DNA of 63,656 bases, counting the filler, from Octopus bimaculoides (taxonomy: Eukaryota): the NCBI RefSeq assembly GCF_001194135.2. It is 4 parts of 3 records of this genome, joined end to end, with 100 filler letters (N's around TTAATTAATTAA, not from the genome) between each part and the next. Parts side by side here need not be neighbours in the genome. Positions count along the whole stretch, not along the records: positions 35,965 to 60,654 come from NC_068991.1; 3 more parts are not named here. One strand, written 5' to 3'. The position numbers and the translations under genes were made by a program. The stretch's first letter is position 1. Each line of letters opens with the position of its first letter. This document shows positions 39,215-50,637 of the stretch, one piece after another. The notes below the pieces were generated by a model. It had not been told where the DNA came from, did not search any database, and saw only the letters and a program-made list of their open reading frames with translations.

Positions 39215-39445
39215 AAGTTAAACATTATCTATGTCTATAAAAGTATGTAATAAAATGGACAATAACAAGACAGAAATACTTGGCTCATGCAAAATGGTCT
39301 GGACCAGTAGTGACAGCTTTGAAATCCATGACAAAAAAAAAAAAATAGTAATCTTCCAAGGAAAAGATAAAAGAACTGACTATGGTGTAATAACAATTCT
39401 ATCTAAAGACACAAGAAAATTGCTTTTAGGCTACAATCCATTTCA
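39215..39445 (+). mobile_element. RTE-clade LINE AP-endonuclease fragment
   Basis: VCNKMDNNKTEILGSCKMVWTSSDSFEIHD.KIVIFQGKDKRTDYGVITILSKDTRKLLLGYNP resembles the APE domain (ILG.SE.RW.G.G.F ... GV..IL.K ... LGYNP). Confidence 0.7.
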
Positions 39446-39665
39446 GGAAAAGAAATTAACTAGCTAAATCACATATTACAAATACAATCTGTTAGTGGCA
39501 CAGTAAAAATTTGCAAGTTTAAAATGTGACTTTATTNNNNNNNNNNTTAAAATGTGACTTTATTTTTCTTATCTACATTTTAACAACAGGACATTGTATC
39601 TTTGTTAGAAACCAACTGCTTCCTTACAAGAAGATTTCAAATAGTTAGAAATATAAGAAAATACA

Positions 39666-39707
<42 letters not shown>

Positions 39708-40164
39708 CGCACACACACATGCATGCGTGTGCACCCCCCCACCACCACCACCACCACACACAAGTGTATACATACCTACACATTTGCATAAAGTGGTTAT
39801 TTTCTATAAAGAATAAATAACTAACAGGATATACTTTGAACTAAAAAAAGCAAGTTGTAGATTTTTATCATATTGGAGAAGCTTTGCAAACAACATTCAT
39901 TTCCTAAGTTAATCAAGATACTTTGTAGTTCCAGTTTTAGTTTAGATTTCAGTTGTTTTACAACTTTTGCTGTTTCTTCATTTTCTTAGTAATTGTCAGG
40001 TTCTTTCTTGTATTCTTCAGTTTTCTAAAAGACAGAAAACAGTTTTTTGTCTTTCTTGTGTTTTGTGTCTATTTGTATTAGGTATTTTTGTAATCCTATG
40101 GTAGTTATTTTGTAATAGTTTTCTAGCTGTATAGGACCGCTACATTGTATATATAACCTTTCTG

Positions 40165-42374
40165 CCAGGGTTTTCTGAAAATCCGTCCATCCATTAGATC
40201 ACCCATGGGCATTTATTTGGATGGGCAGTTATTTGTGGTTGAAACAGAATTAGTGTTCTTGTTTGCATTCTGTTTAGATGTTCATTTGCTCTGTTTGACA
40301 CTAGCCTTATTTCGTCAGAGAAGTAATGTGACGCCCTTTGATTGATTACTGCTATTTGACAGTTCGTCAGCTGCACCACACCACTTGTCTGATTCGATTA
40401 TATTTGTCGTTATTGCTATGTGATCTGATTTACCTCGAATATCTCAATTTGTAAAACAAGTTCTTAGTGAACGCCGATATCCAGGGAATAACCACTGTCT
40501 TGCTGTTAATGTCCTTTACATGTGTCATTAGTAATTATCTCGTTGCAAGCTTCACTACATTATTGTACAGTAAATATGTATGTAGGTAAATTCAAAGGAT
40601 TTTTATTCCCAATAATGGAGTCGAAAGAAAATATATCAAAACGTGTTCAACAACCATATACCATTAGTGAAAAATTGAGAGCTATTAAACGAGTAAAAGA
40701 ACATTCTGGCAATTTATCTGCTGCGTCAAGAGACTTGGGTATTGATAGAAAACGATTGAGAGAATGGTGCACAAAAGAAACTGAGTTAATCAATATGTCA
40801 GACAAGAGGAGGCACAGATCAATTGGTGAAGGTAGAGGACCAGCATATGGAGATCTAGAGATTGAACTCTTACAGTGGATTGTTGTTCAGTGTGCAAACA
40901 ATATAATTGTAAATTATCGCCGTTTACAGGAATATGCTTTTGAATTGGTAAAAAGGTTTGGAATTGAAATGAACAGCTTTAGATGTTCTGATAAATGGAT
41001 TTTCAATTTCATGAAATGGAATAATCTGACTGTGGGAAAGATTACATATGTTGGTCAAGCAGACAATAAAACACTTGGAGAAAATGCACAAATCGCCAGT
41101 GACTCTCTAGATATCATTCCAGTATTAACAGCAGATAAGGATGCTGACGAGATTTATAATATGGATGAAACACTTGTATACATTGACATGCTGAGTTCAA
41201 CAACCATAGACTTTGTTGGCAATAAAAGTGTAGATGCTAGCCACTGTGATGCTACCAAAGCTTGTTTTACTGCTGTGTTGTGTGTTAATGCTGCAGGAAA
41301 GGTGTTGAAAACAATGATTATCCTTAAAGGATTGAAAAACGTGCTTAAAATCAAGGTCCCAAAGAATATTTGCTTAACAGGGGATCAATCACATATGAAC
41401 TCATGCAGCTGTGGGCTGACAAAGTGCTTGGGCAGAGAACAGCACAACTATTCCATGCTCAAAATTCAGTGCTATTCATGGATGAATGCTCAGTGCAAAA
41501 GAAAACAGAGCTCCTAGAAGTGTTCAAATGTAGGAATACAATTCTCAAACTTATATCTCCTAAAACAACATCTTACTTGCAGCCGTTAGATGTATCAGTT
41601 ATTGGTCCTTTCAAGAAAACCCTTCGTGCAGAATGGGAGAATTGGTTTTCAAATGGCAAAACGGAGTATACAAATAAAGGATATTGCAAAAAACCTTCTT
41701 ATCAAGAGATAGTGAACTTTGTGACCCAAGCTGTTGCCAATTTAAATAAAGAAACTATAAAGCATGCTTTTGAATGTTGTGGAATTGCTCCTCCTGGACA
41801 GACTGTAGAACATAACCTCTTAAACTCACGCTTACGGGATGTTTTGTCGAGCCTTGAGGTAAATGTGCCAGATGCACATAATGACAAAATTGAAGAAGAT
41901 GAGATACAAGTAAGTGAAATAAGCTCTGATATGAATTATGGCCAAGCAACAAATGAAGAAATTTGTGATATTTAACTTGAAGCTATTCGGTTATTATTCT
42001 ACCATAAATGCCCAAAGACATTATTTGTTCATCAGAGGCTTCTGTTCATGCTTTCAACAGTTTAATTTTCAATATTTCCTAATAGATCCATTGTTAATTT
42101 CAGAATATATTTTAATATGCTACTTCTGTTAAGGCTGTTTCAGTTTCTTTATGTCTATATATCTGATAACTGAAACAATAGAAGTTCAAAGGAATTGTAT
42201 AAAATAAATATGGTTTTTGAGAATATCTTTGTTTTTCCTAGGTGAAATATTTTACTTCCATATTACCACCCATGAGCGTTTATTATAGGTGGGCGATTAT
42301 TTAAGCTGAAAAATAGTTTTATAAAAAGAATTTTCTGTTTAAACAGCCCTGGGCAGATTTTTGAAAAACCCCAG
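40165..42374 (+). mobile_element. pogo-superfamily (Passer-like, DD35D) DNA transposon, full length
   Basis: 25-bp imperfect TIRs CCAGGGTTTTCTGAAAATCCGTCCA / CTGGGGTTTTTCAAAAATCTGCCCA (18/25 identical) enclose a transposase. The insertion point falls where the host LINE would read TA. Confidence 0.88.
40615..41975 (+). pseudogene. pogo-type transposase (Brinker-like HTH, CENP-B/Tc5 HTH, DDE_1), one frameshift near 41380
   Basis: YTISEKLRAIKRVKE..GNLSAASRDLGIDRKRLREW; LEIELLQWI...FRCSDKWIFNFMK; NMDET; second frame FMDE-35 aa-QPLDVSVIGPFKK. No in-frame stops in either part. Confidence 0.9.
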
Positions 42375-44057
42375 TTGTCAGATTTTGGGTGGTGCATCCT
42401 AAATTCTGTCATCATTATTATTGATTTCCTCTCTAGTTTGGTTAGTTCATTTAGAGTCCAGTTAAGAATATTGCAGTTGTAACTTATAACTGGGATGGCT
42501 AGAGTGTTGATACTTATTATCTTGATTTTCACATTAAGTTCTGTTTTAAGTATTGATCTAACTCATCTATAGTATTCCTTTCCTATCTTCTCTTTCATTT
42601 GTGTGTTATGCCATATTTAGTTCATTGATACCTAAATATTTGTATGTCTGGTTTTGGTCTAATTCTCTTATTTCATTTGCTTTATCTAGGGTAATATTGT
42701 TACTCCTAACTAGTTTTCCACTTTTGAAGGTTGCTTTGGTACTTTTTCTAAGCTGAATTTCATGTTTATTTCTTTCATAAATTCATGCACTGTCTGTAGT
42801 AATGTTTCCAGCTGCTTATCATTTGCAGCATATAATTCTAAATCATCCATATACAAGAGATGGTTTATTGTTTTACTGTAGCAGTTGTATCCATATCCAG
42901 TTTTGTTCAGCATGTCAGATAAATGCATCAGTGTCAAGCAGAAAATGAGTGGAGAGAGTGCGTTTCCTTGGAATATTTCTCTTCTAATGAGGATGGCTTT
43001 AGTTTTTAGGAGTCCCTATTTTGTCTGGAACTGTAGTACTATTTGCCATTTATTCATGAAATGTTTTATATATTTTATGATTATTGGTACTACCTTGTTC
43101 ATAGCTAGTGTTTCCAGAATCCATGTATGAGGAATACTGTCAAAAGCCTTTCAATAATCGATCCAAGCCATGCTTAGACCCTTATTTTTCTTTTGGTTGT
43201 CTTCAGTTATGGCTTTATTGAATAATAAATGATCTTTTCATCCATATGAGCCCTTGCAGCATCCCTTCTGCTCTTCTGGAAACAAGTTGCTTCCTTCCAG
43301 ATGTTTGCCCATTCTCTGTGATGTTATTGTAGTTAAGGTTTTGTACATTGTAAGGAGACAAGTTATCGGTTTGTAGTTATGTGGGTTTGCTGGTTCAGTG
43401 GATTTGAGAATTAGGATAGTTTTCCCTTCTGTGAGCCATTCAGGCATTGTCTCTGGCTCTACTAGTATCTCGTTAAATTTCTCAGCCAGCATCTTATGTA
43501 TTCCTATTAGATATTTTAACCAGAAACTGGTGAACTTGTGCCTAGGTGCCTTCCAGCTGCTTAGATTTTGAAGTACCTGAGTGACAACTTCTGTTGTTAG
43601 AGGAGTCTAGAGTTGTTCAGGTGTTGTGTTTGTTATTTTGATAGATCTTTTCCAAGACTGTTCCTTTTCCAGCCATACTTCTTTCCAAAATTCTTTCACT
43701 ACTTCTGTTGTTGGTGCTGCATTGATCTCTATTTTATTTTTGCCAAGTTCTTGAAAGAATCTTTTTGGATTGGAGTTGAACTCTTTGTTTTGTTCAAAGA
43801 ATCATTGGTTTTTCTCATACTAGTGGATTTTTTTGTGCTTTGATGAGGATATCTTGCTTTAGCTATTCTTTTACCTCAGGTATACCTTGTTCTGTGATTT
43901 TGCATTTCCGTAATATTTTTCTTCTCTCTTGTTGCTTTGTAGTGTTGTTTGCCAACTAATTTTGCTAAGGGTTGACAGATCCCTTCTTTTATTCTCTATT
44001 TATCTCTGGATATTATTTTTCCACAGAGATTGTTTAGATTGTGATACTCCTGATTAG

Positions 44058-44102
<45 letters not shown>

Positions 44103-44495
44103 TTATTGTCTTTGCACATCTTCTAATGCTGGATATGTACTATAGTGTCAGCTGTTCACAAACAGTGAACTAAGATAACATCCCTTATTTTTCAGGCACC
44201 ATCCAGAGTATTCGAGCAGTTCCAAGCAGTGCTGTTTTCTGCAAGTGTTCCACCCTTATTGCAGCTCCTATTTGTTCCATGAACTTCACAAGATTTGTAC
44301 TTACTATTCCCAGGGCTCTGACAATTATTGATACTACTACCACCGTTTTCAGTGACCACAACTGTTTAACCTCCCAAGCTAACCTGTTATATCTATCAAC
44401 TTTTCTTTCTTCCTTATCGCATACCTTGTTTCCACTCTTCCTAAAAGGATCGAAAATCCCCATATATCAACATGGTGGCAAAAAACTCTCTAAGT
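44103..44495 (-). mobile_element. R4/Dong LINE 3' end (second subfamily) with (TAA)n tail
   Basis: DKEERKVDRYNRLAWEVKQLWSLKTVVVVSIIVRALG...LQKTALLGTARILWMVPEK*, then a UTR running into (TAA)n. Confidence 0.85.
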
Positions 44496-44499
44496 GAAT

Positions 44500-46178
44500 C
44501 ACCAAAACGAATACTTGCAGCTTCTTCCATTGAATGGTGTATTTCCATCTACTGATTTGAAGTCATTAAAGCTAGTTGCACCTGTCACATTGTGGAGTAA
44601 TATTTGGAGATGAAAGAGTTCAGATTGGTGTGCACTCAGTGTAATGGTTGGGATTTGTCCAATGGTATCAGTTTTCACATCTTCTGCATCATCTCACTTG
44701 CCTCGCTTTCTCCTTTGCCAAGACTTGTTTTTACTGTTCCATGTGTAGAACTTTGGAAAGTCTTGGTATAATATCTGTCAAGCCTTTTCATCTTGCCTAT
44801 TGGTATCAAAGAAAGCCATCAATTTTGTTGTCGGTGGTCCTTTTTGCACAGCCTGGTTCACAGAAACATCGTCAAATAGTACCAACTGCTCGGCAGGCAA
44901 ATGACAGAGAAGCTTCTCACCTGTAGGATGCTGTTGGTGTATGAAGAATCTATACAACTTCCAAAATGCCTCGCTTGCAGAGATGTATCGAGCATTCATG
45001 AAGTTTTCAATTTCATTAATGACTATGATTTGCTGACCACCATCAGTAGTAAAGATGACTCTATCTTGACCTTTCATTATATATTTGTATAAATACTTAA
45101 CTGCCTGGACAGAGTGCACGACTTCTACGTTGATGTGAGCATCATATTTCAACGTCAAGTAGAGATTATATGGTACTATCCACGAATTATCAACCTGAAA
45201 ATGAAATGAAGATCTTAAGTAGATTCAACATATAAGTTGATTTCCTATTGTCATGTTATTGGTATTTGCATACTAGTAGTGACAAAATATGTGATAAAAA
45301 AATGCGCTCCATGCTTATGTATCTCCTTTTTGTTCGACTTGTCTGTACACTTCATCCAACCGAGTCCTATTGATAGAAGCAGTATTTCTTGTTTTTCTCC
45401 CAATTGATGATTTCCGTTTTGATATCATGATGTGACATGAATAAAATAACAAATGAGCAACATAAAAAAATCTTTTGTTACATTTTAATTACCGTGTAAT
45501 ATAATGCACGCATATGTCATTCACTGTTTTATACATCGTAGTATGATACACAGCAGAAAAAGTTACCAGAGCAAAAATCCTAAGTGGTGACTGTGGACAC
45601 GCCCCATTGCAAATGATCAGCTATTATTTTGTAAACACTGTTTCGAAACCGTTCGTGTGTTTGAAAGGAGAGATCTGACTCTCACACTCAGTGTAAGAGG
45701 CCCAGGGTGCCAAAGTTACTTCATTCAACAATATTACTTAATAGAGGGAGAAGTGGTTGGGTGGGGTGGGGCGGAGGCAGGGGAGGGAGAGGAGGTCAGA
45801 TTGATCTCTGTGGGAGAAGGTAGGCTTCTCTATTCCTCTTACAAAACTTACTTCCGGGTGCCAAATTTGCCTCAATTGATGTGATGGTATTACTCGGGTA
45901 GGGGGTGGTGGTGGGACAGGGGCAGGGGCAGGGGCAGAAAGAGGTCAAGGAGGGTATAGGCCACCCTATTCCTTCTGCCAAAGTTATCTCCGGGTGCCAA
46001 AGTTACTGCAATTGATGGAATTTCTCTGAAAATAGGGAGTGGGGAGGGGCTAAACCTATATATATAAACCACCCTAGAGATCTCCCGAACACCCCTACAA
46101 AGTTTCATGCCGATCGGCCCAACCGTTTGGCCGTAATGTGAGTACAGACGGACGGATATTACGCCCATTATAGTATGA
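44500..46178 (-). mobile_element. Helitron, internally deleted and 3'-truncated
   Basis: 5' end A|TC (atcatactataatggg...) at 46178. A RepHel-like N-terminus MISKRKSSIGRKTRN lies at 45428-45315. The Rep segment VDNSWIVPYNLYLTLKYDAHINVEVVHSVQAVKYLYKYIMKGQDR...ARYISASEAFW...LYQDFPKFYTW runs 45194 to about 44500. Confidence 0.88.
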
Positions 46179-46201
46179 TTATTATTATTATTATTATTAT
46201 C

Positions 46202-46479
46202 AAAGAAATGTCGCTTAAAACTTGGTAAACATTTTTGTTTTCAAGTAGCAGTTGTTTCCTAGAAGTATAACTAGAGGATTGTAATACGGTTTGAGTCATG
46301 TATACACACCTACACACACATATTGTAATAAGGCATGATTCATGTATATATGCATACACACATGTGCGTGCGTGCATATGATAAAACAATGTATAATTAA
46401 AATCCTGTAATTATAGATCTAGGATGCAGCTGCTACTTAAAAACAGAAATGTTTACCAAGTTTTAAAAGACATTTCCTT
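46202..46479. mobile_element. MITE-like element with ~50-bp TIRs
   Basis: aaagaaatgtcgcttaaaacttggtaaacatttttgttttcaagtagcag versus reverse complement aaggaaatgtcttttaaaacttggtaaacatttctgtttttaagtagcag (about 45/50). Flanked by (ATT)n on the left and (AAT)n on the right. Confidence 0.8.
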
Positions 46480-46842
46480 AATAATAATAACAATAATAAT
46501 GAGGATGGTGATGATAATAATAAAAAGATTGTTCACAAAAACTACCAGTCTAACGTTCTTCAAAACAGTTCTAACTCTAAACGCAGGTTCTGTGACACAT
46601 TTGAGGAAACAATAGACCATCTCATCTCATTATTTGAGAGGGATGGAGTACTTAACCTGAAGAAAATTCTAACAGGGCCCCACTTGCAGGGTCATGCACT
46701 GATATGAGATCACTATGTTGTGCACATATAGCTGTGATGCATGTGCCTGGTGTACTCTTATCAGACAGGTAGTCATGATGCATATACTAGGCTTCATATA
46801 TTTTACCCCTGTGTTACTTTGATGGTATGCACTGCTCTCTCA

Positions 46843-46843
46843 T

Positions 46844-46883
<40 letters not shown>

Positions 46884-47002
46884 GAGTACTCGGAGAGCAC
46901 AAACCTCTGGCAAGGCAATACCAACGTTCTCTCAATGATTAGCCAGAGATAATTTTTAAAATGAAAATATCTGAAATAAACTTGACTGCTCTTACAAACG
47001 AG

Positions 47003-47048
<46 letters not shown>

Positions 47049-47105
47049 GTAATAATAATAATAATAATAATAATGATAATAATAATTATAATAATAATAA
47101 TATGG
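46843..47105. repeat. (TAA)n tracts flanking a short repeat element
   Basis: (AAT)n at 46845-46882 and 47005-47100. Confidence 0.9.
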
Positions 47106-47616
47106 ACAACACTTGTAATAAGGTCGTTTGAAATATTTCTGTCAAAAGTTGGAATTATTAGGCAACTATTCACACTGGGTATGATATTAAACCACAAAAA
47201 AGTTAATACAGTTGGTGTCAAAAAAATAAACAGAAGTGAGAAAGAAAATAAGACAATCTTACCATTCTGTTAACATAAAGCACTGTAAAATAAATAAATG
47301 AAAACAGACCAAATTGAAAAATTTTTAATAAAATAAACAATGAGACCTACAAAGATTGTAAATTTACAAACACACACATATATTATTGAATAACAGGAAA
47401 TATCTTGCTTATAAAAAGTAAAACATTTTACATATCAAATATTTTTTATATCTGTAAATGGTTTGTCAAAGTATTTCGCATTTCTTACTTGAACCAAAAC
47501 AAGTATAAACCATTTAGCATTCAGCTTAGTCTGTCAAATGTAATGCCTATTCAAATTATTTTGAATTAATTATGCATTACTTCATAACTTCAATAATATG
47601 ATTGTTCATTTTTTAA

Positions 47617-47955
47617 AGGCAAACACACTACAGTTACCTTGGAGAAAAAAAATCTCTCTTATGGTAAAAAGGTGTGAAAACACCCAGTTCGTTCAGTGTC
47701 ACCCTCTGTAAGGAATCCCAGACATAGATGTTTCAATCTACGAGAGCAAATCAGTCAACATGTTGACTGAATTATATATAAAGCTACAGCATTATTAAGT
47801 CCATTCAGAGTTGTCTCTCTTAGGTACATCTCATTGACAAGAGTCAAAAAACTTAAAATATCAATGTCTGGCAACACTGAATGAACTGGGTGTTTCCACA
47901 CCTTTTAACCATAAAAGAGATCTTTTTCTCCGTGGTAACTGCAGTGTATTAGCCT
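47617..47955. mobile_element. MITE with ~80-bp TIRs, possibly Kolobok-like
   Basis: aggc.aa.acact(a/g)cagttacc..ggagaaaaa...ggtgtg(a/g)aaacacccagttc(g/a)ttcagtgt is inverted at both ends. Left flank TTAA, right flank degenerate (TGTA). Internal palindrome tcagtcaacatgttgactga. Confidence 0.8.
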
Positions 47956-48044
47956 TGTAGCAGTTGAAATATGTAACAAACATATTTCAACTAACATAAA
48001 TTCTGATCATACCTAAACACTGCTTTGTGCCAATGCTCCAGTAA

Positions 48045-48081
<37 letters not shown>

Positions 48082-48083
48082 TG

Positions 48084-48456
48084 ATGATAATAACAATTTC
48101 ATAAGTAACCAGATGATGGGCTTGGTATTAATCTTCATTTTGTACAACAGTCATTTCAACCCATCCTGCTAATGTCCCTTATGGGTGGGACTCCGTTCAA
48201 CATGTGTTGCATCCATTTTACAGTCTGGGTCTCATCAGGTACATCCATACATAAAGCTGTGTCTTGCTAAAGAGACACAATTTTATGTATGGAAGTACCT
48301 GATGAGACCCAGACTGTAGAATGGATGCCATATAACATGTTAAACGGAATCCCACCCATAAGAGGCATTAGCAGAATGGGTTGAAACGACCATTGTACAG
48401 AATAGAGATTAATACCAAACCAATTTTCTGGTTACTTAAGAAATTATTATTATTAT
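48084..48456. repeat. Long near-perfect palindrome (fold-back element), ~180-bp arms
   Basis: Arms pair from aacaatttcataagtaaccaga...ttggtattaatc...cagtctgggtctcatcaggtac to gtacctgatgagacccagactg...gattaataccaa...ctggttacttaagaaatt. Centre gtgtct-tgctaaag-agacac at about 48268. Confidence 0.92.
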
Positions 48457-48604
48457 CTCAACTAACACTGCAGAGTTCCTGAAGTAGATCCAATGGTAAT
48501 ATACCCCAACTACGGATGACACCAGGTAGCCCAAACTGTGCTAGTGCTCTACTAAACACTTCAATACACTAATTGACATATATCCATTAGTCCAAAATAT
48601 TATA

Positions 48605-49155
48605 CCTATACATATAGACATGGGACAAGTGGTGAAGTATGATCTTCAAACTTTGAGCCTCACAGAGGCAATGACTAGTAACTGAGACCTTTGGTGATAT
48701 GCTGTGCTTGAGAAGACTCGTCAAGCCAAGTGAAATTGTAGTCATGGCAGATGTTGAGGTCATGTAACTGGCACATGTGCCAGTGGCAAGTAAAGAGTTC
48801 CGTTGGGTATTAGGCCTCATGGAGGCAAAGTGGCTGAGTTCCTCACAGAGGCAATGACTAAGACTTTTGGCATTATGTCTGTAATTTTTCAGATTAACAC
48901 CCGCACGATTACCCATGCTTAAATGGTATTTTTTACATGCCACCTGCACAGGAGTCAGTCCAGCGGCACTGGCAACGACCTTGCTCGAATGTTTTGTTCA
49001 CGTGCCACCGGCACAAGTGCCAGTAAGGCGATGCTGATAATGATCACACTCAAATGGTGCTTTTTATGTGCCACCGGCACGGAAGCCAGACAGCTGTGGC
49101 AATGATCCCGCTCGGATGGTGCTGTTAGCACTCCACTGGCACAGGTGCCAGTCAT
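48605..49155. mobile_element. RTE-family 3' pieces in opposite orientations
   Basis: Plus-strand ORF end VVKYDLQTLSLTEAM...YAVLEKTRQAK at 48630-48735. A minus-strand 3'-UTR repeat piece (ggcactggcaacg...gtgccaccggcac) lies at 48940-49150. Confidence 0.7.
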
Positions 49156-49254
49156 CAAATTTCGTTCAATTTCAATATATATTTAAATACCACTTATGCA
49201 TGTGCATACATATACGTGGACTAAAATGGAAGGAAAAATATTGCGTGTGCATAC

Positions 49255-49299
<45 letters not shown>

Positions 49300-49412
49300 N
49301 NNNNNNNNNNNNNNNNNNNNNNNNNNNNNNNNNNNNNNNNNNNNNNNNNNNNNNNNNNNNNNNNNNNNNNNNNNNNNNNNNNNNNNNNNNNNNNNNNNNN
49401 NNNNNNNNNNNC

Positions 49413-49455
<43 letters not shown>

Positions 49456-49463
49456 CACACAGA

Positions 49464-50602
49464 CATGCAGGAAGTAAATAGACACCTACCTTTAAGTTTC
49501 AAAATTTCTGATTTAAGCGTCTTAATATGTTTTCAGCAGTGCAGAATTTATAATGTAATTATTCTTTTTCATTCCAGGTGCCATTATATTTAACCTTTGC
49601 AAAGAGTAACCATGCCACACACAAAAAATTGAGCAGAACTGTCAGATTTTCAACAAGGTTGTATTGTTGGGTAATCTGAGGCTGGTCTTAGCCAGCAAAA
49701 AATTGCCGAAAATATTCAAATTCCTCTTGCTACTGTTAATAGAATTATAGTGCAATTCAAAAGTCAAGAAAAAAATCAACAGATTCTCATCCTGGCCGAC
49801 CTGGGCCCTCGGAAAGGAAGCTTCACTGTTTGAAGAGAATTGTGGAAAACGAGCCCCGTTCGAAGTCTTCTGACATTGCAAAACACCTAGAAGTTAGTCC
49901 AAGAACATGTGTTACATATCTGCATAAGCTTGGGTATTATGGACGAGCAGCTAGAAGAAAACCTCTCCTTCAACCAATTAATATCATGAAAAGAAAGAAA
50001 TACGGCTAAGGAAATGTAAGAAAAATCCAGTTCATTTTGCGATGTTTCTGTAATGGTATGGAGAACTGTCACTAGCAATGGTCATTCTGAGCTGATCGAA
50101 TGTGTTGGAACCATAAACTCTGAAAAATACATCGAAATACTTAAGCAAGGACTACTTCTGATGTGTTCACATGATAACATAATGAAAAATGAGTTTTTAT
50201 TCATGGAAGATGGGGCTCCATGCCACACAGTGTAAAGGAATCAACAATGGCTGACTGAAAATGGGATCAAAAAGCTTCCTTGGCCAAGCCAATTTCCTGA
50301 CATGAACCCAATTGAAAATCTTTGGTGTATACTAGATAGAGCTATATGGAAAACTCGACAGAAACCTAAATCTAAAGATGAGTTGTTTCAATTATTGCGT
50401 GAAGAGTGGGCAGAAATTCCACAGGAGACACTCACAAAGCTTATCAGTTCAATGTTGAAAAGAGTTTCTGAATTAAAAACTGCAAAGTGAATGTCAACTA
50501 AATACTAAAGTATGTAGTCCTACCTATCGATTACTTTTCAATTGTTTGCTTTGCGTACTGAATAAAAGATTTTGAAAATTAAAGGTGTCTATTTACTTCC
50601 TG

Positions 50603-50606
<4 letters not shown>
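49464..50606 (+). mobile_element. Tc1 (DD34E) transposon, internally deleted
   Basis: Perfect 24-bp TIRs catgcaggaagtaaatagacacct. Paired-like N-terminus from ATG 49612 (ELSDFQQGCIVG). FMEDGAPCH-..-WPSQFPDMNPIENLW gives 34 residues D to E. The first catalytic D region is missing near 50040. Confidence 0.92.
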
Positions 50607-50635
<29 letters not shown>

Positions 50636-50637
50636 AG

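Larger units (their letters stand above)
39860..44057 (-). mobile_element. R4/Dong-clade LINE (RT region), 5'-truncated, decayed, split by a pogo insertion at 40165-42374
   Basis: EILVEPETMPEWLTEGKTILILK...NYKPITCL; IFQGNALSPLIFCLTLMHLSDML; HLLYMDDLELYA; RMHHPKSD. The ERLY continuation resumes left of 40165. A (TAA)n tract lies at the 5' junction (44058-44102). Confidence 0.9.
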
